Position numbers and translations under genes: made by a program. A stretch of DNA of 64,000 bases, from positions 18,192-82,191 of the forward strand of contig JBBIOR010000003.1 of the NCBI GenBank assembly GCA_037443265.1, written 5' to 3'. Shown here piece by piece: positions 17,408 through 25,865 of this stretch (position 1 is the stretch's first letter; every line of letters starts with the position of its first letter). A model generated the notes under the pieces. It made no database searches and was not told the DNA's origin. It saw only the letters and a program-made list of their open reading frames with translations. The stretch is from Candidatus Fraserbacteria bacterium (lineage in GTDB: Bacteria; Bipolaricaulota; Bipolaricaulia; RBG-16-55-9).

Positions 17408-18103
17408 ATGAAGAAGGAACTGGAAGCCCTCTTAGCTCTTCAAGCGCAAGACAAACGCCTTAGGACTTTGCAGGACCAACTCCAGCGACTCTTCGAACAG
17501 CGCCAGCAGCTGCAAGCCACTCTGGACGCAGAAGAGCAGATCTTAGCCGAAGAGCGGAGGCGATTGGCTGAGCTCCAACGCCTCAGCTGGGAGAAGACAG
17601 CGGAAGTCGATGATCTGGATGTCCAGATTCGCAAATACGAGCACCAGCTGGAGGAAGGCCTCCTCAGCTTCAAGGAGATGGAGGCGCTGCGCGAGAAAGT
17701 CCAGCACAGCCGTCAGCGCATGGAGCAGCTGGAAGAGGAGGCCATTCCGCTCTTAGAACGAGTCGAGCAGGAGAGGGCCAAGATGGCCGAGCGCGAGGCG
17801 GCCTTTGCCCAGTGGAAGAGCCGCATGGCCGAGGAAGTCGCCGAAGTGAATCAGCAGTCGGAAGAGCAGCGTCGGAAGATCGAGGAGGAGCAAGCCAAGC
17901 GCCGGGAGCTGGCCCAGCACGTCGATGCGGCCCTTCTGGAGCGCTACGAGCGTCTCCGTGCCGAATATGAAGACCCCCTGGTCGCTGTGCGCGACGGGCG
18001 CTGCAACGGTTGCAAGCTTAACTTGAGCGAGACCACCATCGAGCGCGTCCGCGAGGGGTTAGACCTCGTGACCTGCGAGAACTGCTTGCGCATTCTATAT
18101 TAG
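17408..18103 (+). CDS. Coiled-coil protein with a C-terminal C4 zinc ribbon (COG1579/DUF164-like)
   Basis: Long heptad-rich region, then CNGCKLNLSE...VTCENCLRILY. The start at MKKELEAL is preferred over the upstream GTG (17369). Confidence 0.65.
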   Translation: MKKELEALLALQAQDKRLRTLQDQLQRLFEQRQQLQATLDAEEQILAEERRRLAELQRLSWEKTAEVDDLDVQIRKYEHQLEEGLLSFKEMEALREKVQHSRQRMEQLEEEAIPLLERVEQERAKMAEREAAFAQWKSRMAEEVAEVNQQSEEQRRKIEEEQAKRRELAQHVDAALLERYERLRAEYEDPLVAVRDGRCNGCKLNLSETTIERVREGLDLVTCENCLRILY

Positions 18104-18116
18104 TAGCTCTCAGCCT

Positions 18117-18869
18117 GTGATGTCCCGTAGGGCATTCTGGGTCATTGGGGGAATGATCTGCTTCGGGCTCTTTAAGGGTCTGGCAGCCGAAGAGCCTCCG
18201 CTCCCCCAGCCGATAGGGGAGCTCAACGACTACGCGGGCATCCTGGGACAAGAGAGCCGCCAGCAACTCCAACGCAGCATCGATGAGCTGAAGACCCAAG
18301 GCGTGAAGGTGTTTTTGCTGATCACTCTTCTTGATCCCTTCAGCGATCCTGCGCAGCTGGCAGAGAGGATCTGGCAGGCGTGGAAGCTTGCGCCTGAGCG
18401 AACGATCCTCATCGTGTTCGTGAGGGAGGCAGACCAGTGGGCTCTCTGGTGGAAGCTCACGCCGGATCTGGCCTCACAGTTGGACTACTCCTCCACTGGG
18501 GAGTATCGGAGCTCTCTGGAGCGGCTCCTCAAAGAGCGGCGGGTGGGACAGGCTGTTGTGCATTCCATTGAGTCGCTGCGAGGGTGGTTTGCCCCTCCCA
18601 AAGCGTCTGAGGAACTTCCGCCCAGAGCGGGTCCTTCTGCGGGCTCTCCGCTCTTCTGGTACCTGCTGGCAGGAGCAGGCGGAGTGGGGATGATTGCAGG
18701 CTTGATCTGGTTCGCTCTCGTCTGGCTCTGCCCCGAGTGCGGGGGGAGGCTGAGCCGGCGTTCTGCCTGGGCTTTCGGGCCCGGCCGTTGGGCTCGTAGC
18801 CGGAGGCGCGAGCGGGTATACTATTGTGCGCGATGTGGGTATCTCCGCATCCGACGGGGAGAGAGGTAG
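18117..18869 (+). CDS. TPM-domain (YgcG-like) membrane protein with a C-terminal zinc ribbon
   Basis: Signal/TM, LNDYAGILGQESRQQLQRSIDELKTQGVKVFLLI (TPM signature), a TM, then CPECGG...YYCARCGY. Confidence 0.65.
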   Translation: MMSRRAFWVIGGMICFGLFKGLAAEEPPLPQPIGELNDYAGILGQESRQQLQRSIDELKTQGVKVFLLITLLDPFSDPAQLAERIWQAWKLAPERTILIVFVREADQWALWWKLTPDLASQLDYSSTGEYRSSLERLLKERRVGQAVVHSIESLRGWFAPPKASEELPPRAGPSAGSPLFWYLLAGAGGVGMIAGLIWFALVWLCPECGGRLSRRSAWAFGPGRWARSRRRERVYYCARCGYLRIRRGER

Positions 18870-19215
18870 AGGGCCGCGGAAGCGTCAAAGCTTCTGAGGA
18901 AAGTCCGGGCTCCACAGGGCAGGCCGCTCGGTGAGAAGCCGAGAGGGAGCGATCCCTGGGTAAGGCCACAGAGACCAGACCGCCGACGTGTACTTCAGCC
19001 GACAGGCCCGAAGCGCACAGGCAAGGGTGAAAGGGTGGGGTAAGAGCCCACCGCCGGTCCTCGCGAGAGGGCCGTGGCTGGCAGCCCCCCGGCCGGAGCA
19101 AGGCCAAATAGGCAGGCGCTTGAGGGTGGCCCGCCCGAGCCTGTGGGTAGGCCGCTCAGATAGATGGCCCTCGCCCTTCATCAGGGAACAGAACCCGGCT
19201 TACGCCTCTCTCCCC
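18856..19215 (+). ncRNA. rnpB: RNase P RNA, bacterial type A
   Basis: GAGGAAAGTCCGGGCTCCACAGGGCAG, AGGGTGAAAGGGTGGGGTAAGAGCCCACC, GCAAGGCCAAATAGG and ACAGAACCCGGCTTA. P1 pairs GGGGAGAGAGG (18856-66) with CCTCTCTCCCC (19205-15). Confidence 0.9.
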
Positions 19216-19381
19216 GGCTTTGCTTTTCTGCCTGACAGCAACGCTTGGGTGCTCTTTGGGTCTTCGGTCCTCCGGAGCCCTGACTCCCATGCTGTGGCTC
19301 CTTGGCCCCTGCCTGCCGCGTCCCGACGAGCATCCTAGCACAAAGCGACGGAGGGGACAAATGCCCTCTCTTAAGTTCGGC

Positions 19382-19409
19382 TTGCATCCAGAGCGGGAAG
19401 TGCTATAAT
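19382..19409 (+). promoter_or_regulatory. Candidate promoter for ssrA
   Basis: TTGCAT (19382-87), 16-nt spacer, TATAAT (19404-09). About 22 nt upstream of the mature tmRNA 5' end. Confidence 0.4.
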
Positions 19410-19774
19410 AGCCTTGCGTTCTTTGACAATTGGGGGTGAATGGATTCGACGGGGATGCCGAAGGGCAGGCCGCAGGTGGAGTTGGCCGCTCACTCCTTAA
19501 TCAGGCGGCAAAGCACGATAAGTGCCAACGAATTTGCTTACGCTGCTCCTTCGCTAAACTAACGAAGGAGCCGTTCGCTTGAGCTTCCGCCTGCAGGGCT
19601 CAGGACGAACGTCGATGATGCGGGCTGGCTCTACTCTGCGCCCTCCGGAGTGGAGTGACACCTAGAGGGCTCGGACGCCCAGATCCTGTCTCGTGGGAGC
19701 TTAGCGTCTCAAAACAGAGCACGAGACTATGCCTGTAGAAGCCGATCGGAGGCATCTCCGGACGCGGGTTCGAT

Positions 19775-20350
19775 CAACTGCGTTATGGCAGTAAGGGTCG
19801 TCAAGGCGTTATCTCAAGCTGAGGCAGCCTATTTAGCTGGGCTTGTGGACGGCGAAGGTACTATCACCTTGACCCACATACATAAAGGAGCTAATAGGCA
19901 GCTGTCGGTTTCCATAGCCAACGCACAAGCTCTAGAGCTACTTCAGCAAATCGCGCCGTACCTCCGAACCTACAAGAGGTTACGCGCTGAGCTGGTGATA
20001 GAAAGATACAAAGCCTTGACGCCTAGAAACGGCAAATACTCCCCCGAGCTTCTGGCTGAACGGGAGAGATTCATAGCAGCTGTCCTTGCCATAACTCCGA
20101 AGGTCGCCCTGGGCAGTAATGCTCAGGTGAACACGGGGCTCACATCGGCGAAACCTGCTTGCCCACAAGGCAATGGCAACGCCGAGGGGTCGGAAGAGGG
20201 CTAACCTCAGGCCGGCCCTGTAGAGACTTATAGGCCCGCCGAAGCTCAAGCTGGGTGGGTACTAGGAGCACGTCAACGTGCTAAGACGCCCCGCATCCCA
20301 GGAGGGATGAAGGCATAGTCCAGCCCAGTCCGAAAGGATTGGAACCGCTG
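19775..20350 (+). mobile_element. Group I intron (IC3-like core) inserted in the tmRNA T-loop
   Basis: Preceded by U, ends in G. P4 CGGCG/CGCCG (20146-50 / 20180-84); P7 GACU(U)AU/AUAGUC (20225-31 / 20315-20); P8 hairpin 20267-82; P9 hairpin with GAAA loop 20325-42. Carries a LAGLIDADG ORF. Confidence 0.75.
19785..20204 (+). CDS. Single-motif LAGLIDADG homing endonuclease-like protein (short, possibly degenerate)
   Basis: 139 aa with AAYLAGLVDGEGTITL. The C-terminal ~30 codons (low complexity) overlap the ribozyme core. Confidence 0.72.
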   Translation: MAVRVVKALSQAEAAYLAGLVDGEGTITLTHIHKGANRQLSVSIANAQALELLQQIAPYLRTYKRLRAELVIERYKALTPRNGKYSPELLAERERFIAAVLAITPKVALGSNAQVNTGLTSAKPACPQGNGNAEGSEEG

Positions 20351-20394
20351 TCCCGCCACCTCCACCAGATGTCGGACGTGAGAAGGATACTGCG

Positions 20395-21753
20395 ATGAAG
20401 ACACTGAGTTGGGTTCCCATACTAGCTGTGGGATTTACTTTGGTCTTAAGCACTGCCCATCTCAGTCAGAGTCAAACCTCCCCAGGACCCATACATCTTC
20501 TCAGTGTCAAGGCCAGCATCAATCCCATCACCAAAGATTATTTGATCAGTCACATTCAGCGTGCCCAACAGGAGGGGGCCTCTCTGGTGATCATCCAGCT
20601 GGATACGCCCGGAGGACTCGTCTCCTCTACCAAAGACATCGTGGATGCCATTCTCAATGCGAGGGTGCCCATTGTAGTCTGGGTCGGTCCGGCGGGTGCC
20701 TGGGCGGCCTCCGCCGGGACGTTCATCACGATGTCGGCCCATGTGGCCGCGATGGCCCGCGGAGCCACCATCGGAGCGGCCCACCCTGTAAATATTGACG
20801 GCTCAGCCCCCAGCAAGGAGCGCCCCCCAGGGGAGCAGAGCAAAGACCAGCAAGAGCCCTCACAGGGGAGCGGAGATGCCGTCACGGAGAAGGTGACGAA
20901 TTTTACGGCCGAGTGGGCGCGGGAGATCGCCAAAGTCCGTGGCCGCGATCCCGACTGGGCCGAACAAGCTGTCCGCTCCAGTGTGACCGCTGGCTGGGAA
21001 GAGGCTCTCAATAAGAAGATCATCGATCTGGTGGCGGACAGCAGGGAAGAACTCCTTGAAAAGCTCAACGGCTATGCGCTCCAGGATGGCCGGACGCTCA
21101 CCACCGAGGGCTTGCCTGTCTTGAACATGCCCATGAGCTGGCGCGAGCAGCTCCTCAACTATCTGGCCGATCCCAATCTCGTGTATATTCTTCTGCTCAT
21201 TGGGATCTATGGCCTCATCTATGAGTTTTTGAGCCCCACGATCGGGCTCGGGTTCATCATCGGAGGCATCTCACTTCTTCTGGCGTTCTTGGGATTACAA
21301 GTCCTCCCCGTCAATCTTGTGGGGCTGGCCCTCATCTTCTTTGGCGTCCTGCTCATGATCCTAGATATCTTCACGCCGACTCACGGCATCCTGACGACCG
21401 GGGGAGTCGTTTCGCTCTTAGTGGGCTCCTTCACGCTCTTTGAGATTCCCGATCCCGCATGGCAGCTGTCGGTCTGGAACATTCTGGTGACGGTGGGGGC
21501 GGTGACGGGGCTCTTCCTCTTCTTCCTCAGCAAGGGGCTCTTGGCCCAGAGGCGCGTGCCGGTCACAGGCCTGGAGGGCATGATTGGGGCCCTAGGGATC
21601 GTCAAGGATGATTTGAACCCCAAAGGCCGGGTGCTGGTCAAGGGCGAGTACTGGTGGGCTCTTCCTGTGGACGGTCAGCCCATTTCTTCCGGAGCAGAAG
21701 TCATCGTCGAGCGGGTGGAGAACGGACGACTGCTCGTGCGCCGGCGCTCGTAG
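20395..21753 (+). CDS. nfeD: NfeD-family membrane-bound ClpP-class serine protease
   Basis: Signal peptide, LVIIQLDTPGGLV, WAASAGTFI, multi-TM middle region, and a C-terminal OB-like NfeD domain (GRVLVKGEYWWA...). Confidence 0.82.
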   Translation: MKTLSWVPILAVGFTLVLSTAHLSQSQTSPGPIHLLSVKASINPITKDYLISHIQRAQQEGASLVIIQLDTPGGLVSSTKDIVDAILNARVPIVVWVGPAGAWAASAGTFITMSAHVAAMARGATIGAAHPVNIDGSAPSKERPPGEQSKDQQEPSQGSGDAVTEKVTNFTAEWAREIAKVRGRDPDWAEQAVRSSVTAGWEEALNKKIIDLVADSREELLEKLNGYALQDGRTLTTEGLPVLNMPMSWREQLLNYLADPNLVYILLLIGIYGLIYEFLSPTIGLGFIIGGISLLLAFLGLQVLPVNLVGLALIFFGVLLMILDIFTPTHGILTTGGVVSLLVGSFTLFEIPDPAWQLSVWNILVTVGAVTGLFLFFLSKGLLAQRRVPVTGLEGMIGALGIVKDDLNPKGRVLVKGEYWWALPVDGQPISSGAEVIVERVENGRLLVRRRS

Positions 21754-21757
21754 GGCT

Positions 21758-22894
21758 CTACGCTTCAGCGACTCTTTCGGGTCGGATCTCTTCTGGGGCT
21801 ACGAGCAGGGCGCGCTCGCTCTGCCGGTCAAAGAGCTGCACTTTCTCGGCGTTGACCACCAGGGGCAGCTCCTCTCCCACAGAGATCTCCAGGCCGGGGT
21901 TGAGTCTGGCCACAAGCTCAAAGCTGCCCAGATTGCCATAGACGATCAGCTCTGAGCCCAGGGGCTCAATGACCCTAACCGTCAGGGTGAGGCGAGGGGA
22001 GGGCTTGGCATCAGGTGGCTGTGCCTGAAGGTGCTCAGGTCGGATGCCCACGATGACCGCGCGCCCGATGTGATCGGAGAGTTGAGCCGCCCGCTCGGAG
22101 GGGATCTCAATCTGAAAGCCCTCGCCTTCGGCCCGTAGGCCGCGGTCGTCCTCGACGAGTCTGGCCTCTAAGAAATTCATCGCTGGGCTGCCGATGAAGC
22201 CGGCCACGAACACATTGGCCGGATGATCATAGAGCCTCTGAGGGGTATCGACCTGCTGGAGCACGCCGTGATGGAGCACGGCCACCCGCTGGCCGAGCGT
22301 CATGGCCTCGACTTGATCATGGGTGACGTAGATGGTAGTGGTCTTGAGCTTCCGGTGGAGCTCTTGCAGTTCCGCGCGCATGTGCACGCGCAATTTGGCA
22401 TCGAGATTGGAGAGCGGCTCGTCAAATAGAAAGACTTTGGGCTCGCGGACTATGGCTCGTCCGACGGCCACCCTCTGCCTCTGGCCTCCGGAGAGCTCCT
22501 TCGGCTTGTTCTGTAATTTATCCGCGATTCCCAGTAGCTCCGCGGCTCTTCTGACCCGCCGATCAATCTCCCGACGGGGCACGCCTCGAAGCCTGAGCCC
22601 GAAGGCGATGTTGTCATAGACGTTCATGTGGGGATAGAGGGCATAATTCTGGAAGACCATCGCGATATCTCGATCCTTGGGGGCTACGTCGTTCACGAGC
22701 GTGCCGTCAATCCAGATCTCGCCGGAGGTGACCTCTTCCAGGCCGGCGACCATGCGCAAGATGGTGGTCTTGCCGCAGCCGGAGGGCCCCACGAGCACAA
22801 TAAGCTCTCCATCTTCGATCTCAAGACTGACGCGATCGACAGCCAAAAGATCCCCGAAGCGCTTGGTGACGTCCTTGAGCACAACCTTGGCCAT
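21758..22894 (-). CDS. Sugar ABC transporter ATP-binding protein (MalK/MsmX/UgpC type)
   Basis: [38 protein letters not shown], and a C-terminal regulatory (TOBE-like) domain. 378 aa. Confidence 0.9.
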   Translation of the reverse strand: MAKVVLKDVTKRFGDLLAVDRVSLEIEDGELIVLVGPSGCGKTTILRMVAGLEEVTSGEIWIDGTLVNDVAPKDRDIAMVFQNYALYPHMNVYDNIAFGLRLRGVPRREIDRRVRRAAELLGIADKLQNKPKELSGGQRQRVAVGRAIVREPKVFLFDEPLSNLDAKLRVHMRAELQELHRKLKTTTIYVTHDQVEAMTLGQRVAVLHHGVLQQVDTPQRLYDHPANVFVAGFIGSPAMNFLEARLVEDDRGLRAEGEGFQIEIPSERAAQLSDHIGRAVIVGIRPEHLQAQPPDAKPSPRLTLTVRVIEPLGSELIVYGNLGSFELVARLNPGLEISVGEELPLVVNAEKVQLFDRQSERALLVAPEEIRPERVAEA

Positions 22895-22919
22895 GGCTCC
22901 TCCAGAGCAATATATGCGT

Positions 22920-24791
22920 TTAGCCCCATTCCGTCAAGAGGACCCTCGCCAGGACGAAGCCGCCTCCGGCGGCCCAGGCTTGAGGCCTACAAGCCCCTTC
23001 ATAGGGGATGGGGCCTCTCCCCGCCTGCCGAGGGAAGCCGGCGAAGAGCTCCGGAAGCTGCCCATGGAACGCGCTGGCCGCCTCCAATAAGCCCTCGGCG
23101 ATCCTTCGGGCCTCCCTGCGGAAGCCCCACTTAAGGAGCCCCAGCAGGATCAAGGCGTTGTCATGCGGCCAGATGCTGCCGTTATGATAGCTCTTGGGAT
23201 CGTAGGCCAGGCAAGAGGTGGACATCGTCCGGACCCCATAGCCGCTGAAGAGCTCCGGGGAGAGCAACCTCTGCACCACGGAGGCGATCTTCTCCTCGGC
23301 GATGATGCCCGTCAGCAGCCCGTGACCCGGGTTGGAGGTGATCGCATCCACGGGCTCCGGTCCCTGGGGCCCTCTGGCCAAGGCCAGAGCGAAATAGCCC
23401 TCTTCCTTAAGCCAGAAGGCTTGATTGAACCGGCGCTTAAGCCTGGTGGCTTCCCGCTCGAGCCGCTCGGCTTCCCTTTCGTCTCCCAGCCGCCTCTTCA
23501 GCCGGGCCCCCTCCACGAGTGCCGCATAGGCGTACCCCTGGACCTCTACTAGGGCTACGGGTCGGCCGCAGATCGGGCGACCGTCTTGGAAGCAGATGGC
23601 ATCGCGGGAGTCCTTCCAACCCTGATTCTCCAGGCCCCCTTCGGCTCTTCTCTGATAGTAGATGAAGCCCTCCCCTTCGCGCAGCGTCCGCTCTATCCAG
23701 CCTAAGGCCAAAGCCAGCTTCTGCTCCATGAGCTTAAGGAAGGCCCAATCGCCGGACTCTTTTAAGTATTGCCCGAGGAGGAAGACGAACAGGGGGGTGG
23801 TATCGACGCTGCCGTAGTAGGGATCGAAGGGGACTCTTCCCAGGTTGGCCAGCTCGCCCACCCTAAGCTCATGGGGGATCTTGCCCGCTTCGGCGTCGCG
23901 GGTGGGATCGTCCTGGGTGGCTTGCAGCCGGCCCAAGATCGCCAGAGTTCCGCGGGCCAGTTCCGGCAGGAAGGGCAGGATCTCCAGGGCCGTGATGAGG
24001 CTATCGCGGCCAAAGAGGGCCACAAACCAGGGCCGGCCCGCGGAAGCGATCGGCCCCGGCTTGAAGTGCCACATCAGCGATTCCAAATCCCGCCGGGCCT
24101 GCTCGATCAGCTGGGCCAGCCGGGGCTCTCTTACGGGCGGCAGCCGCCAGGGGAGCGGCTCTGGGTCCTGCTCCTCTTGGAGGAGCTCGAGGGTTTTCAC
24201 TGGGCGGCGCGGCTCAAACTCGACTGTGGCCTCGAGGAGCAACGGCAACCTCTCCCCCGGCTCAAGGGCCATCGGCAAGACGAGACAGCAGCCCCTTTCG
24301 TCGCCTTGGATGCGCAGGCCGGGACTAAAGCGGAGCCGGACCTCGCGCCGGATGCCGTCTTGCCCCTCATAACGGAAGAGGAGACCCCCCTCGAGCCTCT
24401 CCTGGGTGATCACCCGCCTTAGAGGCTCTATCCCCCGCACTTCGAAGACGTCCTCGAAGGAAGCCCCAAGTTCCACCTCCAACTCGTCCGAAAGCGGTCG
24501 CCCAGCGCGATTCTCCACGAGCAGAGAGACCCTCAGCTCACGCGCTCCAAGGGCCAGCTCCTTGCGTAAAAAGAGCCCACCGTCGGGGGATGCCACCCCC
24601 TCGTAGACGAGCTTGCCCTCTTCCGGCCGTCTGCTCACTATGACTATCGGGTGATGGCGCAGGCGCACCCGCAGGATGAACAGAACGCGGGTGTCCCAGA
24701 AGTAGAGTCCGCTGCCAGAAGAGCTCGTCCCGTCCAGATCACCCTGGGGGGTGAAGACGGCAAAGAGGCTGCCACGCTGGAGGCTATCCAT
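22920..24791 (-). CDS. Amylo-alpha-1,6-glucosidase / glycogen-debranching-type glycoside hydrolase (cytoplasmic)
   Basis: 623 aa. GDE N-terminal-like beta domain, then an (alpha/alpha)6 region ([13 protein letters not shown]..., [12 protein letters not shown]). Confidence 0.75.
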   Translation of the reverse strand: MDSLQRGSLFAVFTPQGDLDGTSSSGSGLYFWDTRVLFILRVRLRHHPIVIVSRRPEEGKLVYEGVASPDGGLFLRKELALGARELRVSLLVENRAGRPLSDELEVELGASFEDVFEVRGIEPLRRVITQERLEGGLLFRYEGQDGIRREVRLRFSPGLRIQGDERGCCLVLPMALEPGERLPLLLEATVEFEPRRPVKTLELLQEEQDPEPLPWRLPPVREPRLAQLIEQARRDLESLMWHFKPGPIASAGRPWFVALFGRDSLITALEILPFLPELARGTLAILGRLQATQDDPTRDAEAGKIPHELRVGELANLGRVPFDPYYGSVDTTPLFVFLLGQYLKESGDWAFLKLMEQKLALALGWIERTLREGEGFIYYQRRAEGGLENQGWKDSRDAICFQDGRPICGRPVALVEVQGYAYAALVEGARLKRRLGDEREAERLEREATRLKRRFNQAFWLKEEGYFALALARGPQGPEPVDAITSNPGHGLLTGIIAEEKIASVVQRLLSPELFSGYGVRTMSTSCLAYDPKSYHNGSIWPHDNALILLGLLKWGFRREARRIAEGLLEAASAFHGQLPELFAGFPRQAGRGPIPYEGACRPQAWAAGGGFVLARVLLTEWG

Positions 24792-25806
24792 CGGGGCTTC
24801 GGGTGCTTTGGCGTACGATCAGCTGGGTGGGCAGGACGCTGCGGATGGGCTCGGAGTCGGGAGACTCCACCTGCCCGATGAGGGCCCGGGCCGCCTCCTG
24901 CCCGATCTGGAAGATGGGCTGGCGGACTGTGGTCAGGGGCGGGTCGAAGTACTGTGCCCATGGGACATCGTCGAAGCCTATTATTGAGGCTTCTCGTCCG
25001 ACCTCGAGCCCCAGCTGCTTGAGCGCACAGCTGGCCCCAAAGGCCTGCAGGTCGCTGGCGGCCAGCAGGCCGAAGTCGCTCCCTGCCCGCTTGAGGATCT
25101 CTTGGGCTGAGGCAAAGCCCGCTTCGACCGTGAACGGGCCGTAGACGATCCCGGCCGGGGAAAGGCCCGCCTCCTTAAGGGCCCGCCGGAAGCCCTGCTC
25201 GCGGCTCTGCGAGACCCAGTGCTCCTGGGGCCCATTCACCAGGAAGATCTCCTCATGGCCCAGCTCAATAAGATACTTCGTGGCTTGATAGGCTCCGCTC
25301 TCGTTGTCCGAATCGACGAAGCTGACCGAGGGTGCCTTGGGGTCTTGGCCCACCAGAGCGAAGGGGATCCCGGCCTCCTTAAGCCAGAGGACCCGCTCGT
25401 CGCCTACCCGCACATCCAGCACGAGTAGCCCATCGACGGCCCCGTAGAGCAGCCCGTGGTACACCTCGGAGGAGGAGCGCTCCTCACTAGTAGTGGAGAG
25501 GATCAGGCGATAGCTGCGCCTATTGGCATATTCTCCCATGCCGCGGATCAGCTCCGCAAAGTACGGCGAAGAGAAGAGATAATCGGCCGTATGGGGGATG
25601 ATCACGCCCAGGTTGTTCGTCTTCTTGAGGCTCAGCGAGCGGGCCAGCGCGTGCGGAGTGAAGCCATAGCGCTCGATGATCTGTTGGATTCGGCGGCGGG
25701 TCTGCTCGTTCACGTCCCTTTTGCCGTTGAGCACCCGCGAGACGGTGGCCGTGGATACCCCGGCTAACTCCGCGATCTCCACAATCGTCAGCCTCTGCAT
25801 GTGCAT
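24784..25806 (-). CDS. LacI-family transcriptional regulator
   Basis: Start set at MHMQRLTIVEIAELAGVSTATVSRVLNG (HTH). Periplasmic-binding-fold effector domain. Confidence 0.85.
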   Translation of the reverse strand: MHMQRLTIVEIAELAGVSTATVSRVLNGKRDVNEQTRRRIQQIIERYGFTPHALARSLSLKKTNNLGVIIPHTADYLFSSPYFAELIRGMGEYANRRSYRLILSTTSEERSSSEVYHGLLYGAVDGLLVLDVRVGDERVLWLKEAGIPFALVGQDPKAPSVSFVDSDNESGAYQATKYLIELGHEEIFLVNGPQEHWVSQSREQGFRRALKEAGLSPAGIVYGPFTVEAGFASAQEILKRAGSDFGLLAASDLQAFGASCALKQLGLEVGREASIIGFDDVPWAQYFDPPLTTVRQPIFQIGQEAARALIGQVESPDSEPIRSVLPTQLIVRQSTRSPDG

Positions 25807-25865
25807 GAGCCCCCTGTGGAAGCGATTACGATTGGGGCGTATTATAGAGCCCTTGATTCCCTCCT

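Larger units (their letters stand above)
19432..20367 (+). ncRNA. ssrA: tmRNA gene split by an intron: exon 1 at 19432-19774, exon 2 at 20351-20367
   Basis: 5' GGGGGTGAATGGATTCGACGGGG, tag ORF 19524-19562, ...GGACGCGGGTTCGAT | intron | TCCCGCCACCTCCACCA. Acceptor GGGGGTG/CACCTCC with G3:U. T-arm GCGGG-TTCGATT-CCCGC forms only after joining. Confidence 0.85.

Noticed and set aside
18529-19408. Several 60-190-aa ORFs on both strands
   Set aside because: RNase P RNA (all conserved type-A blocks present) and the ssrA upstream spacer fully explain this region. The ORFs are by-products.
19775-20350. Alternative reading of the ssrA interruption as a genomic island or prophage remnant integrated at the tmRNA 3' end
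   Set aside because: Island integration regenerates an intact gene through a duplicated 3' segment. Here there is no duplication, no integrase and only 576 nt of insert. The insert is bounded by U|...G and has recognisable P4/P7/P8/P9 helices and a LAGLIDADG ORF, so it is an intron.
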